NCBI GenBank assembly: GCA_031267825.1
Contig: JAIRYJ010000007.1
Span: forward strand, 1 to 64,000
Direction: 5' to 3'
DNA from: Bifidobacteriaceae bacterium
GTDB lineage: Bacteria; Actinomycetota; Actinomycetes; Actinomycetales; WQXJ01
DNA: 64,000 nucleotides
Shown here in pieces: positions 40,868 to 50,848 of the stretch; within the stretch, counting starts at the first letter, position 1, and each line of letters starts with the position of its first letter. A model generated the notes under the pieces. That model saw only the letters and a program-made list of their open reading frames with translations. It ran no database searches and was not told the DNA's origin. A program made the position numbers and the translations under genes.

Positions 40868-42733
40868 GTGAAGGCCTTGGAACTGGCAAGATCGCCTTGG
40901 CTGAGGTCAGGCAGTGAGCTGGAGGCGGCCACGATTGGCCGCGCGACGGAATTAGCTGAACTAGTAGAGGCCGTCATGGAGGCGGCCACCGGCCAAGGGC
41001 GCCGCCAGATCTTGGTGACTGGCCCGGCCGGCTCCGGTAAGACGCACCTGTTGGCGTTAGCTTGGCACCGGCTGGCTGGTGCGGTGGTTTCCGGCCACTG
41101 CCTGCGGTTAGTGCGTTTACCGGAGGATCCTTGGCGCTTGGCGTCCCACGGTGATCTGCTTGGCGCGATCCTGGCGGGTGTGCTCCAGCCTGATACCACC
41201 CCGCCGGGTTGTGCCGTTCAGCCGGGCGGCTCGGTTCTCCTGTACGATGCCGTCCGCCCGGGCGACGCTGTTCAGTCAGGTGGTGTCGGCAGACAGGAAG
41301 AAGACCAGGGCCCGGAAGGCGAAACCCAGCTGGCTATCTCCCCAGACCGCTACCAGCGGGCTGAAGCCCAATTGACCCAGCTGGCATTGGACCGGGGTCC
41401 AGTTGTGGTGCTGGCTGAGGCCTTCGATCAGATACTGAAGCAGATCGGCTCGGATGGTCAGCGCCATTTGGAACGTTTCTTGAGTTCTGAACCGTCCCTA
41501 GTGTTAGTTGGGTCGTCCCGCCTGCCACTTGAGGCGGAGGTTTGGCGTAGTGCGGCCCTGAACGATCAGCTAGATGTTAGACCGCTTGAACCGTTGACAG
41601 TGGAGCAGGTCGCCGCGTTGATCGGCCCGCCCGCTAGCGCGGCTGGCGCGGCCGGACCCAACAGCCCCAGCGCTGGCGCGGCCGGAACTAGCGGGCTGGA
41701 GGCGGTTGGTCTGCTGGCTGGACGCTGGCCGGGGCTTTGGGTGGCGTTGGCGCGGACCTGCCAGCCGAACCAGCCGAACCAGCCGAACCAGCCGGTCAGC
41801 CCCGCAGGGGCCCTGCTTAGCTGGTTGTCTGACCAGGAACCGCTGCGGCTTGAGCGGCTGCGCCAGCTAACTCATCAGCAGCGTCTGGTGGTCAGCGAAC
41901 TGGCGGCCGCTGCCCATCCGCTGCATGTGCGGGAATTGGCGCGGCGCTGCGGTATTGGGGAAAAGAGTGTGGCGCGGGTGGCTGTTGAACTGAAACGGAG
42001 CGGCTGGATCAACGCGGCCACTTCACCTTGGGATGGTCTGACGGATGGCAGGCGGTCCTATTACGAGTTGTCTGACCCGGTCACTCGCCTGGTCCCGGTG
42101 CCGGATCCGGCCTGTCCCGGCTTGGTGGTGACGCAGTTGGTTTTCTTGGAGTTGTGGACTGGCGCGGATCAGTTGACGGCCAGCCCAAGGCGACTACCGC
42201 GGGTAGCTGATCTGTTGGGTCAGGTTGATGCCGTGCTGGGCGCCTTGACCCGGGGCGAGGGCGAGCCGCTGTTCGGTTTGCCATCAGCCTTGCGCTCGGC
42301 TTTGGCTGAGACCGCCTCGGCCAGCTCGGCGGACCCTAAGGCAGGGTTGGAACAGGCCAGCCAGCGGCTCCGTTTGGTGGCCAGCCGCCTAGCGGCTTTC
42401 TTGGCGAATATCCAGGACGATGCCGTCCCACAAGTTTCCAGCCACAGCTTTGGTCAAGACTTGCGCCAGGTTTCTAGTGCTGATGCCGACCATTTGGCGG
42501 CACTGGAGCGGGCATTACCCGTTTTGGAACGAATCCTGGGTGAACTTGATCCTGGCACGGCGGGTATCCGGGCCGATTTGATCACCGCCTATGAAGCGGT
42601 CGGCCGCCGCCTTGAGGCGGTCGCCTTGGCGGAACGTTCTTTGGATCTATCGGCCAGCGTCCTTGGCGAGAACCATCCGGACATTGTTCTTGCCCGTCGG
42701 CGGATGTCCGCCGCCTACGGCCAACACACCTGA
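40868..42733 (+). CDS. Paralogous AAA+ P-loop NTPase with wHTH and C-terminal TPR-like repeats (STAND-like)
   Basis: IGRATELAELVEAV...ILVTGPAGSGKTHLL. Walker B VVVLAEAFDQ. wHTH VRELARRCGIGEKSVARVAVELKRSGWI. TPR-like C-terminus. Internal (CCAGCCGAA)x3 repeat. Confidence 0.6.
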   Translation: MKALELARSPWLRSGSELEAATIGRATELAELVEAVMEAATGQGRRQILVTGPAGSGKTHLLALAWHRLAGAVVSGHCLRLVRLPEDPWRLASHGDLLGAILAGVLQPDTTPPGCAVQPGGSVLLYDAVRPGDAVQSGGVGRQEEDQGPEGETQLAISPDRYQRAEAQLTQLALDRGPVVVLAEAFDQILKQIGSDGQRHLERFLSSEPSLVLVGSSRLPLEAEVWRSAALNDQLDVRPLEPLTVEQVAALIGPPASAAGAAGPNSPSAGAAGTSGLEAVGLLAGRWPGLWVALARTCQPNQPNQPNQPVSPAGALLSWLSDQEPLRLERLRQLTHQQRLVVSELAAAAHPLHVRELARRCGIGEKSVARVAVELKRSGWINAATSPWDGLTDGRRSYYELSDPVTRLVPVPDPACPGLVVTQLVFLELWTGADQLTASPRRLPRVADLLGQVDAVLGALTRGEGEPLFGLPSALRSALAETASASSADPKAGLEQASQRLRLVASRLAAFLANIQDDAVPQVSSHSFGQDLRQVSSADADHLAALERALPVLERILGELDPGTAGIRADLITAYEAVGRRLEAVALAERSLDLSASVLGENHPDIVLARRRMSAAYGQHT

Positions 42734-42823
42734 CGAGGACCTGGCCAGTCTGCCCACCAACCACCGGCGGTAGCGGCCAATCTGACGACCGCCTGCGACC
42801 GGCCACCTGAGGTCAACTTGCAA

Positions 42824-42879
42824 GTCAGTTGTACGGAAAGCGCAAGGATTGCGTAATCACGTTGCAACCTTGCGGCAAC
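42824..42879. promoter_or_regulatory. Cluster of CTTGCAA-type palindromes (ACTTGCAAGT, CGCAAGGATTGCG, GTTGCAAC, TTGCGGCAA): putative MalR operators
   Basis: Read directly. Streptomyces MalR is known to bind CTTGCAG-type repeats. Located just upstream of the malE-like gene. Confidence 0.5.
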
Positions 42880-42954
42880 AGGACTATGGTGACCACATAC
42901 CACTCCAACTCCGTGCTGTCAGCCGGAGTCCCCGAAGCAAGGAGGAACGCGAAG

Positions 42955-44214
42955 ATGCGGAAGACAACCACGATCCTGCTGGCCGCTGTTGTGACAGCGA
43001 CCATGGCCGCCTGTGGCGGCTCTGACACGCCAGCCAACACCACCAGCTCAACCGGTACCGACCAACCCACCACCGCCAGTCTGCTGGTCTGGGCTGACGC
43101 TACGCGCAGCCCGGTTATCAGGCAGATGGCCGAATCATTCACTAAAGACACGGGCATTGCCGTGGAAGTCGTCGAACGCGACTACGGCAAAATGCGTGAT
43201 GATTTCATTTCCCAAGCACCAACCGGTCAGGGTCCCGATATCTTGATCGGCGGCGGTGACTGGACAGGTAAGTTCGTTCAGAACGGTGTTGTTACACCGG
43301 TCGAACTAGGTGACGTGGCGGACGGATTCGCTGACGTCGCGATCGAATCTGTGACATATGAAGGTCAGGTTTACGGTCTGCCGTACGCCCTTGAAAACGT
43401 CGCAATGTTCCGTAACCCGGCGTTGGCGCCGGACACGCCCGCCACCATGGCGGAGGCGATTCAAACCGGCCAAGCGGCCGTCAGCGCGGGCACGGCCAAA
43501 TATCCCTTCCTGATTCAAATCGACCCACAAGGCGACCCGTTCCATATGTATCCCATCCAAATGTCGTTCGGGGCCCCAGTTTTCGGCCAAGACCCGGCCG
43601 GCGGCTACAACCCAGCCGAACTCGCCATGTGTGGCGATCAGGGTAAAGCCTTCGCCGCCTACTTGGCGGAGATGGGCCAGGCGGGCATCTTCGAAACCAC
43701 CATGACAGCGGATATCGCCAAGGAGGCCTTCGTTAATGGTGAGTCACCCTTCGTCATCTCCGGTCCGTGGAACACAGCCGATTACCAGACCGCGATACCT
43801 GATGTGGCGATTGACCCGATACCCTCAGCCGGCGGCCTGACCGCCAGCCCATTCGTTGGCACGCAGGCGTTCTTCATTTCCGCTAAGTCACAGAACCAGC
43901 TGGCCGCCACCCAATTCGTCGTCAACTACCTAGGTTCAAAAGACGCGCAGGTGGAACTGTTCAAAGCGGGCGGCCGCCCGCCTGCCCTGACCGCCGCGGC
44001 CGAGGACGCGGCGGTCGCCAATGACCCGTCAGCCGCGGCTTTCAACGCTGTGGCGGTTGACGGCGTCTCAACACCCAACATCCCCGCCATGGACGCGGTT
44101 TGGGGTGACTGGGCCAACACTGAAGTCGCCATCATTGATGGCAAGGGTGATCCTTCAGCCCTCTGGGATGAAGCTTGCGCGTCAATCAAGACCAAGATCG
44201 AAGAGGCTTCGTGA
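42955..44214 (+). CDS. malE: Maltose/maltodextrin ABC transporter substrate-binding lipoprotein
   Basis: AAGGAGG RBS. Lipoprotein signal MRKTTTILLAAVVTATMAAC. CUT1-family SBP architecture. Confidence 0.8.
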   Translation: MRKTTTILLAAVVTATMAACGGSDTPANTTSSTGTDQPTTASLLVWADATRSPVIRQMAESFTKDTGIAVEVVERDYGKMRDDFISQAPTGQGPDILIGGGDWTGKFVQNGVVTPVELGDVADGFADVAIESVTYEGQVYGLPYALENVAMFRNPALAPDTPATMAEAIQTGQAAVSAGTAKYPFLIQIDPQGDPFHMYPIQMSFGAPVFGQDPAGGYNPAELAMCGDQGKAFAAYLAEMGQAGIFETTMTADIAKEAFVNGESPFVISGPWNTADYQTAIPDVAIDPIPSAGGLTASPFVGTQAFFISAKSQNQLAATQFVVNYLGSKDAQVELFKAGGRPPALTAAAEDAAVANDPSAAAFNAVAVDGVSTPNIPAMDAVWGDWANTEVAIIDGKGDPSALWDEACASIKTKIEEAS

Positions 44215-45794
44215 CTGGTCAGAGCCTGACTGAGGCTCCACCCAGGCGGCGGCGGGAATCCCACGCGACCGCCTGGGTGCGGGGCTTCGCCCTCAAGCTG
44301 ATCCTGCTTTGCGCTGTCAACGCTCTTGGTCTTTACGGCGTTATCGCAGCAGTGGCGGTCAAGTCTTGGGCCATAGCGGCCTTCCTCGCGGTGGCCTTGG
44401 CTGTGGTCGACGTCTGCTATTTCTCGAAGCGGATGATCCCAGCCAAATACCTCATCCCAGGCTTACTGTTCCTCTTGGTCTATCAGGTGTTCGTCATCCT
44501 TTACACCGGCTACGCGGCCTTCACCAACTACGGCGATGGCCACAACTCGAACAAACAAGATGCCATTGACGCGATCCTGGGGCGCGGTTCGGAACGCCTG
44601 CCGGATTCCCTATCCGCGCCGGTTTCCATCCTTGAACGCGACGGTGAACTCTACTTTCTGTTGCCTTCAGACCAGGCCGGGCAGGCTTTGCTTGGTTCGG
44701 CTACAACTCCGCTTCATTTAGTGGACGATGCCGTCTTTGAAGGCTCCCAGCCCACCGGCTTGCCCGGGTACACCACGTTAGAGGCCCGTCAAATCCTGGC
44801 CCAGCAGAGCGAAATAGGAAACCTAGCCGTGCCGCGGAGTGAAAACCCGGCGGACGGTTTTGTCCGCACCACAGACGGCATGAACGCCTACACCTATGTC
44901 TCAACGATGGCTTACGATCCCACGGCTGACACCATAACAGCGGCCGATGGCACCATCTACAGCGATAACGGCCAAGGTAACTACGCTTCTGAGGCGGGCG
45001 AGCGCCTTGAACCTGGCTGGAAAGTAACAGTCGGCTTCTCCAACTTCACTTCCATCATCACCAATAAGTCTTTGCGCGGGCCGTTCTTTGGTGTGCTGGT
45101 ATGGACCTTCGCCTACGCCATCCTGACGGTGGTGATCGCCTTCGCCCTTGGACTGTCGATGGCGCTGGTGTTGAACCATCCAACAGTTAAAGGACGCCGG
45201 ATCTTGCGTGCTTTGCTGATCCTGCCTTATGCCTTCCCGGCGTTCTTGTCCGCGATGGTTTGGCAAGGCTTACTGAACTCGAAATACGGTTTCATCAACC
45301 AGGTGATCTTTGGCGGGGCGGATATCCACTGGCTTGAATCACCTTGGCTGGCCCGCCTATCAGTTCTGGTGGTTAACGTTTGGATGGCTTACCCGTACAT
45401 GTTCCTGGTGTCGACCGGTGCCATCCAATCAATGCCACCAGAACTTGAAGAAGCCGCCCGGGTTGATGGAGCTGGCTGGATGAGGGTCTTCTGGTCGGTC
45501 AAACTACCGCTCTTGCTGGTTTCACTGGCGCCGCTGCTGATCTCATCGTTCTCAATGAACTTCAACAACTTCAACTCGATCTACCTGCTGACCGAGGGTG
45601 GGCCGCTCGAAAACCCGACCGATATGGCAGGTTCAACCGACATTTTGATTTCGTTTGTTTACCGGCTGGCCTTTGGTGGTGTGAACCGTCAATATGGGCT
45701 GGCCTGTGCCATATCACTGCTGATTTTCATAATTGTGGCCGGAATCTCGGCCTACTCCTACCGCAAGACCAAGGTGCTTGAGGAGATGAACTGA
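44211..45794 (+). CDS. malF: Maltodextrin ABC transporter permease (MalF-like)
   Basis: GTGA overlap with malE. Large periplasmic loop between TM helices and an EAA motif region. Confidence 0.8.
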   Translation: MTGQSLTEAPPRRRRESHATAWVRGFALKLILLCAVNALGLYGVIAAVAVKSWAIAAFLAVALAVVDVCYFSKRMIPAKYLIPGLLFLLVYQVFVILYTGYAAFTNYGDGHNSNKQDAIDAILGRGSERLPDSLSAPVSILERDGELYFLLPSDQAGQALLGSATTPLHLVDDAVFEGSQPTGLPGYTTLEARQILAQQSEIGNLAVPRSENPADGFVRTTDGMNAYTYVSTMAYDPTADTITAADGTIYSDNGQGNYASEAGERLEPGWKVTVGFSNFTSIITNKSLRGPFFGVLVWTFAYAILTVVIAFALGLSMALVLNHPTVKGRRILRALLILPYAFPAFLSAMVWQGLLNSKYGFINQVIFGGADIHWLESPWLARLSVLVVNVWMAYPYMFLVSTGAIQSMPPELEEAARVDGAGWMRVFWSVKLPLLLVSLAPLLISSFSMNFNNFNSIYLLTEGGPLENPTDMAGSTDILISFVYRLAFGGVNRQYGLACAISLLIFIIVAGISAYSYRKTKVLEEMN

Positions 45795-45795
45795 C

Positions 45796-46737
45796 ATGAC
45801 GGCCACAGCGGTTCAAGCCGCATCATCCCCGCCACCTAAAGCGGGTCGGGAGACCCGCCCGGTCCGCTCAGCGCCGGACGTCAATGCTGGCAGGAGAGCC
45901 GTTCAAGCTAGCTGGCGTTACCTGATAGCGGCTGTCGCACTGGTCTTCGCGCTATTTCCGATTGTCTTCATCATTTCTGCCTCGCTCAACCCGCTCGGCT
46001 CACTGACCAGCTCAAACGCACTGTTCTCGGCGGTTGACGCGGGCTCATATGTTGACCTGCTATCAGATCCGGCCCATCCCTACGCCCGCTGGTTCGGCAA
46101 CTCAATGATGATCGGCGGTGTCACCGCCGTGGCGACAGTCTTCCTTGGAGCGTGCGCCGCCTACGCTTTCTCGCGCTTCCGTTTCAAAGGACGGCGCGGT
46201 GGGCTGCTCACATTGATCCTGCTCCAAATGTTTCCTCAGACGTTGGCCTACGTGGCGATCTTCTTACTGCTGACCACACTCAAAGACGTCTTCCCGATCC
46301 TCGGCCTCGATTCCCAAATCGGGCTAATCATGGTCTACCTGGGAGGCGCCTTAGGAGTTAACACCTACCTGATGTACGGTTTCTTCTCCTCCGTGCCGAT
46401 GTCCATTGATGAGTCAGCCAAGATCGATGGCGCCTCCCACGCGCGGGTGTTCTTCTCAATCATTCTGCGGCTTGTCGCGCCGATTCTGGCAGTTGTGGCG
46501 CTACTCAGCTTCATTGGCACGCTGAACGATTTTGTGATCGCCTCGGTGGTCCTGACAACCCCGGGCAAACAGACCCTGGCGGTCGGCTTATACCAGTTCA
46601 TCTCGCAGAACTTCTCGCAAAACTGGGGAGTCTTCGCGGCTGGGGCAGTGCTGGCAGCGATACCAGTGGTGCTGATCTTCTTGTTCCTTCAGAAATACAT
46701 TGTTTCCGGCCTAACCGCCGGTGCGGTCAAAGGCTGA
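45796..46737 (+). CDS. malG: Maltodextrin ABC transporter permease (MalG-like)
   Basis: Six TM helices and an EAA loop (DESAKIDGASHARVF). Confidence 0.85.
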   Translation: MTATAVQAASSPPPKAGRETRPVRSAPDVNAGRRAVQASWRYLIAAVALVFALFPIVFIISASLNPLGSLTSSNALFSAVDAGSYVDLLSDPAHPYARWFGNSMMIGGVTAVATVFLGACAAYAFSRFRFKGRRGGLLTLILLQMFPQTLAYVAIFLLLTTLKDVFPILGLDSQIGLIMVYLGGALGVNTYLMYGFFSSVPMSIDESAKIDGASHARVFFSIILRLVAPILAVVALLSFIGTLNDFVIASVVLTTPGKQTLAVGLYQFISQNFSQNWGVFAAGAVLAAIPVVLIFLFLQKYIVSGLTAGAVKG

Positions 46738-46780
46738 ACCGCGTGGCCATAATCAAACCGGTCATCAGGTCGGGTAGGCC

Positions 46781-48616
46781 GTGAAGCGGCCGGTCGTAGC
46801 CCGCCCGGAACCGGCCCATCATGACGGTTCTGAACTGTATGTCCCAGGTGGGCCGCACGTCCTGGGAGACATTCTGAAGGTGCGTCTGAGGGTACTAGCG
46901 TCCGCTCCTTACAGCGGCGTGGTCCTACGAGCGATGGCGGACGACGAACTGTACTTGTCGGACGGCATCGTCCAAACTAAGGACCGCTGGGAGACCTGGT
47001 ATGAAGCTGACCTGCCGATGCACAACCCGGTGATGCGTTACCGGTTCATGCTGCTCAGGCCGGGTGGCGCTTTCGACTGGCTCAACGCCACCGGAATCCA
47101 TGGCTGGGAGGTGCCGGACAGCGCCGATTTCAAGGTCACGGTCTACGGCAGCGCGCCGCAATGGAGCCGACAAGGTGCCGTCTACCAGATTCTGCCTGAT
47201 CGTTTCGCCAGGTCAGCGCAGGCCGCCGACAACCCGAGTCCAGCCTGGGCGGTACCGAAAGCCTGGGGTGAGCCGCCATCGCCGGGCGGCGCCGTCTCGA
47301 TGCCGGAATACTACGGAGGTGACCTGGCTGGGATTGGTCAGCATCTGGACCATGTGACGGCCCTCGGTGCCACAACCTTGTACCTGACTCCCTTCTTTCC
47401 GGCCGGATCAGCCCACCGTTATGACGCCACCAGTTTCCAACGAGTTGACCCGGCGCTAGGTGGAGACCAGGCCTTGGTGGAACTATCCAGTCAAGTCCAT
47501 CAAGCCGGCTTGCGCCTAGTTGGCGACCTGACAACAAACCACACCGGCAATCGGCACGAATGGTTTCTGTCCGCCCAGGCCAATGCTTCAGCGGCCGAGG
47601 CTGGCTTCTATCTTTGGCGGTCCCATCCTGGCGATTATGTGGGCTGGTGGGAGTCAAAGACACTGCCCAAACTGGATTGGCGTTCAACTGAGCTGCGCCA
47701 CCGGTTTGTCCAGGGCCCAGGCTCGGTGGTCGCCAAATGGCTGGCGCCGCCTTACAGTTTGGACGGCTGGCGGATCGACGTGGCCAATATGACTGGCCGT
47801 TACCACGAGGTCGATCTCAACGCCGAGGTGGCGCGAGCTATCCGCCAAACTGTTGTGGCCACCCGGCGGGACGGTCTACTGGTGGCGGAACACATGCATG
47901 ACGCCTCGGCTGACCTGCGCGGTGACGGCTGGCAGGCGGCCATGAACTACCAAGGTTTCATGAAACCCGTCTGGTGCTGGACCGCGGCACCTGGCAACCA
48001 GACCAACTTCTTTGGCTTACCGGTGGTTGTGCCTCGGCGGCCTGGTTCCGCCATGGTCCGGGCGATGCGTGCCTACGCCGCACTGCTGCCCTGGCAAGTG
48101 TTCAGTTTCATGTGGAACAACCTCGGATCACATGACACCGTGCGCTATCTGACCCTGACCGGTGACCGGGACCAAGTCATGGCCTCAGCCGTGCTATTGG
48201 CGACCTACCCTGGTGTGCCGATGATCTTCGCCGGGGATGAATGGGGCGCCACCGGGATAAACGGCGAACATGGGCGGGTGGCGATGCCTTGGAATGATCC
48301 CTCACGCCAGGATTCAGAGCTGTTCGCCGCCTACAGTGCGGCCTTGGGCCTGCGGACACGTCATCCAGCTTTGGTGCGCGGCGGGTTGCGCTGGGTTTTG
48401 GTCCAAGATGACGCGGTCGCCTTCCTGCGTGAGACGGCGGACGAACGTTTGCTGGTACTGATTTCGCGAGCCGAGTGGGCTGGGGCCGAACTCAGCCCAG
48501 AGATTTCGCGGTTGGGTCAGCCGCGTAAGTTATTAGGCCCGTCCGATGCCGTCCGGTCAGGTTCGCGGGTTCAGCTACCAACCTGTGGCCCAGCTGCCCA
48601 CGTTTGGGTGTTGTGA
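46781..48616 (+). CDS. malZ: GH13 maltodextrin glucosidase (MalZ-like)
   Basis: YQILPDRFARS (MalZ N-domain junction), GWRIDVANM (catalytic nucleophile region) and NNLGSHDTVR (region IV). Confidence 0.8.
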   Translation: MKRPVVARPEPAHHDGSELYVPGGPHVLGDILKVRLRVLASAPYSGVVLRAMADDELYLSDGIVQTKDRWETWYEADLPMHNPVMRYRFMLLRPGGAFDWLNATGIHGWEVPDSADFKVTVYGSAPQWSRQGAVYQILPDRFARSAQAADNPSPAWAVPKAWGEPPSPGGAVSMPEYYGGDLAGIGQHLDHVTALGATTLYLTPFFPAGSAHRYDATSFQRVDPALGGDQALVELSSQVHQAGLRLVGDLTTNHTGNRHEWFLSAQANASAAEAGFYLWRSHPGDYVGWWESKTLPKLDWRSTELRHRFVQGPGSVVAKWLAPPYSLDGWRIDVANMTGRYHEVDLNAEVARAIRQTVVATRRDGLLVAEHMHDASADLRGDGWQAAMNYQGFMKPVWCWTAAPGNQTNFFGLPVVVPRRPGSAMVRAMRAYAALLPWQVFSFMWNNLGSHDTVRYLTLTGDRDQVMASAVLLATYPGVPMIFAGDEWGATGINGEHGRVAMPWNDPSRQDSELFAAYSAALGLRTRHPALVRGGLRWVLVQDDAVAFLRETADERLLVLISRAEWAGAELSPEISRLGQPRKLLGPSDAVRSGSRVQLPTCGPAAHVWVL

Positions 48617-48774
48617 GGCCGACTCGGCTGATACCTCCTGTCAGAGGAGGCCATTGGGCACCTGGACCGACGGTCGGCGGGGGTGTCTTGGGCCACCTGG
48701 ATGGACAGCTAAGGCGGAGGTCTTGGGACGGCATCGGACTACTGGCCGAACACGCCGGTTGGTAGGCTCGGCCG

Positions 48775-49785
48775 GTGACTACCAAACTGCAAGACCTAGC
48801 TGACTACGTTGGCGTGTCAACCGCGACCGTCTCGCGCGTGCTGAACGGACGGGCTGGAGTGTCGGATTCGACCCGCGAACGCGTCATCGGGGCGCTGGAC
48901 GCGCTCGGCTATGAGCGGCCATTGCGTTTGCGGTCCAAATCTAAAGGGCTGATCGGTCTGATAGTGCCAGAGCTAGAAAACCCGATCTTCCCAATGTTCG
49001 CTCAGGTCATCTCTGGCGCCCTGGCTCGCGGCGGCTATATGCCTTTACTGTGCCCACGCGATGCGGCGGGGATCGGTGAGGATGATTACGTTGAAATGCT
49101 GCTTGACCATCAAGCGGCCGGCATAATTTTCATCTCTGGCTTGCACGCTGATGCGACTTCTTCCCCGCTGCGCTACCAGCGGCTGGTTTCAGCTAACCTT
49201 CCCATAGTGCTGATCAATGGCTTCACACCAGAGGTTGACACACATTTCATTTCGGATGATGACACAGTGGCGATAGAACTGGTGACGGGACACTTAACTG
49301 CCCTGGGTCACCGCCAGATCGGTTTGGCTTGTGGTGCGTTGCGTTTCACGCCGATGCGGCGGCGGGCTGATGCTTTCAAACAGTGGTGGCGCCAAGCTGG
49401 CCTTGACGGCGATCCGGATGAGGCAATCCGGACATCGCTGCTAACTGTTGAGGGCGGACAGGCCGCGGCCGGTGATCTGATGGATGCCGGTTTCACGGCC
49501 ATTGTTTGCGGATCGGATTCAATGGCGCTGGGCGCGTTGCGGGCAGCGCACGCCAGAGGTTTGAGCGTGCCGGAGGACTTGTCAGTTGTCGGCTATGACG
49601 ATTCGGCCTTGATGGGTTACACCCATCCGGCGTTGACCACGGTGCGTCAAAGTGTGCTTGCCATGGGCCAAGCGGCCGTCTCAATCCTGACGGCGGAATC
49701 ATCTGACATCGCCCATTCGGCCCGTGAGATGTTGTTCCGGCCTGAACTGATCGTGCGGGACTCAACCGGCCTGAACCGCCGCTAA
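48775..49785 (+). CDS. malR: LacI-family regulator (MalR-like)
   Basis: HTH LQDLADYVGVSTATVSRVLNG plus a sugar-binding domain. Adjacent to the mal genes. Confidence 0.85.
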   Translation: MTTKLQDLADYVGVSTATVSRVLNGRAGVSDSTRERVIGALDALGYERPLRLRSKSKGLIGLIVPELENPIFPMFAQVISGALARGGYMPLLCPRDAAGIGEDDYVEMLLDHQAAGIIFISGLHADATSSPLRYQRLVSANLPIVLINGFTPEVDTHFISDDDTVAIELVTGHLTALGHRQIGLACGALRFTPMRRRADAFKQWWRQAGLDGDPDEAIRTSLLTVEGGQAAAGDLMDAGFTAIVCGSDSMALGALRAAHARGLSVPEDLSVVGYDDSALMGYTHPALTTVRQSVLAMGQAAVSILTAESSDIAHSAREMLFRPELIVRDSTGLNRR

Positions 49786-49798
49786 GCGATTAGGTGAG

Positions 49799-49883
49799 CG
49801 GAGGTGGGGGGATTCGAACCCCCGAGGGCTTGCACCCAACACGCTTTCCAAGCGTGCGCCATAGGCCACTAGGCGACACCTCC
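49799..49883 (-). tRNA. tRNA-Ser (anticodon GGA)
   Basis: Minus-strand GGAGGTGTCGCCTAGTGGCCTATGGCGCACGCTTGGAAAGCGTGTTGGGTGCAAGCCCTCGGGGGTTCGAATCCCCCCACCTCCGC. 7-bp acceptor stem, T-loop GGTTCGAATCC, long variable arm, anticodon loop CTTGGAAAG. Confidence 0.85.
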
Positions 49884-49982
49884 AGGCCGCTGCCCGCTAT
49901 CCGCCTGGGCGGATCAGTTGGCAGGCGTTTGCCTGCCATACCTTACCTGATGCGCCGACCAAGCTCCGCGCCAAGGGGTTGC

Positions 49983-50771
49983 CTATGTCGCCGCCGTAGT
50001 TGGGGTTGATCGGGATGTTCGCGGCTTGGTGGCTTTGATGATCGCGCCGTGCATGCCGGGTGCGACCTGGTGGGTAAACCTGACTTGTGTCTCAGTGAAA
50101 CCGGCTGCGGCCAATTTGGCTAGATACTCAGACCTGGACAGAGCGCCGGCCACGCAACCCACAGTCCGCCCAAGGCGGATGCGGTCCTCGGCCGAGACGG
50201 CGTCATCGGCCACCACATCAGTCAGGCCGATCCTGCCCCCTGGGACAAGTACCCGGAAGGCCTGACGCAGGACGCGGGGCTTGTCGGCACTCAAGTTCAG
50301 GACACAGTTGGAAATGACCACGTCAATACTGGCGTCCGTGAGCGGTAAGTCTTCGATTACGCCAAGACGGAACTCGATGTTGGTCACCCCGGCTTGGGAA
50401 GCGTTAGCTTGGGCGGCCCGCACCATTTCGGGGGTCATGTCGATCCCATAGACGAAGCCGGCGGGCCCTACCCGTCTGGCTGAAAGGATGACATCAAGGC
50501 CGCCGCCAGCTCCGAGATCGGCTACCCGCTCGCCGGGTCGCAGGTCAGCTACCAGTACGGGGTTACCGCAGCCTAACGACATGGCGAGTGCGTCAGTCGG
50601 CGCGTTAGCTGATTCGTCCGGGTCATAGCGGGCGGAGCCGAAGCGGGGGTCTGAGAAGTCTTGGCCGCGCTGGTCATGACCGCCTTGATCAATGCCGCAC
50701 TGAGCGGCTAGGGCGGCGTAACGCTGCCTGACTTCTTGCCGGTGGATCTCAGGACTGTCCATCATCGCCAT
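49983..50771 (-). CDS. arsM: SAM-dependent methyltransferase, ArsM-like (arsenite methyltransferase family)
   Basis: SAM-binding VADLGAGGGLDV and VVISNCVLNL (ArsM-characteristic). Confidence 0.65.
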   Translation of the reverse strand: MAMMDSPEIHRQEVRQRYAALAAQCGIDQGGHDQRGQDFSDPRFGSARYDPDESANAPTDALAMSLGCGNPVLVADLRPGERVADLGAGGGLDVILSARRVGPAGFVYGIDMTPEMVRAAQANASQAGVTNIEFRLGVIEDLPLTDASIDVVISNCVLNLSADKPRVLRQAFRVLVPGGRIGLTDVVADDAVSAEDRIRLGRTVGCVAGALSRSEYLAKLAAAGFTETQVRFTHQVAPGMHGAIIKATKPRTSRSTPTTAAT

Positions 50772-50794
50772 CTTTCGTAGATAAATAGATGCAT

Positions 50795-50820
50795 GTCAAT
50801 ATAACAATACATATTGATGT
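50795..50820. promoter_or_regulatory. AT-rich inverted repeat TCAATAT-N8-ATATTGA in the arsM/arsR divergent promoter (putative ArsR operator)
   Basis: Read directly. About 35 percent GC in a roughly 62 percent GC genome. Confidence 0.45.
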
Positions 50821-50848
50821 ACGTCAATACGTAGACTAACCTTGAGGG

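Noticed and set aside
49799-49883. tRNA-Ser as a possible genomic-island integration site
   Set aside because: There is no integrase, no direct repeat of the tRNA 3' end and no compositional shift in the adjacent mal and ars genes.
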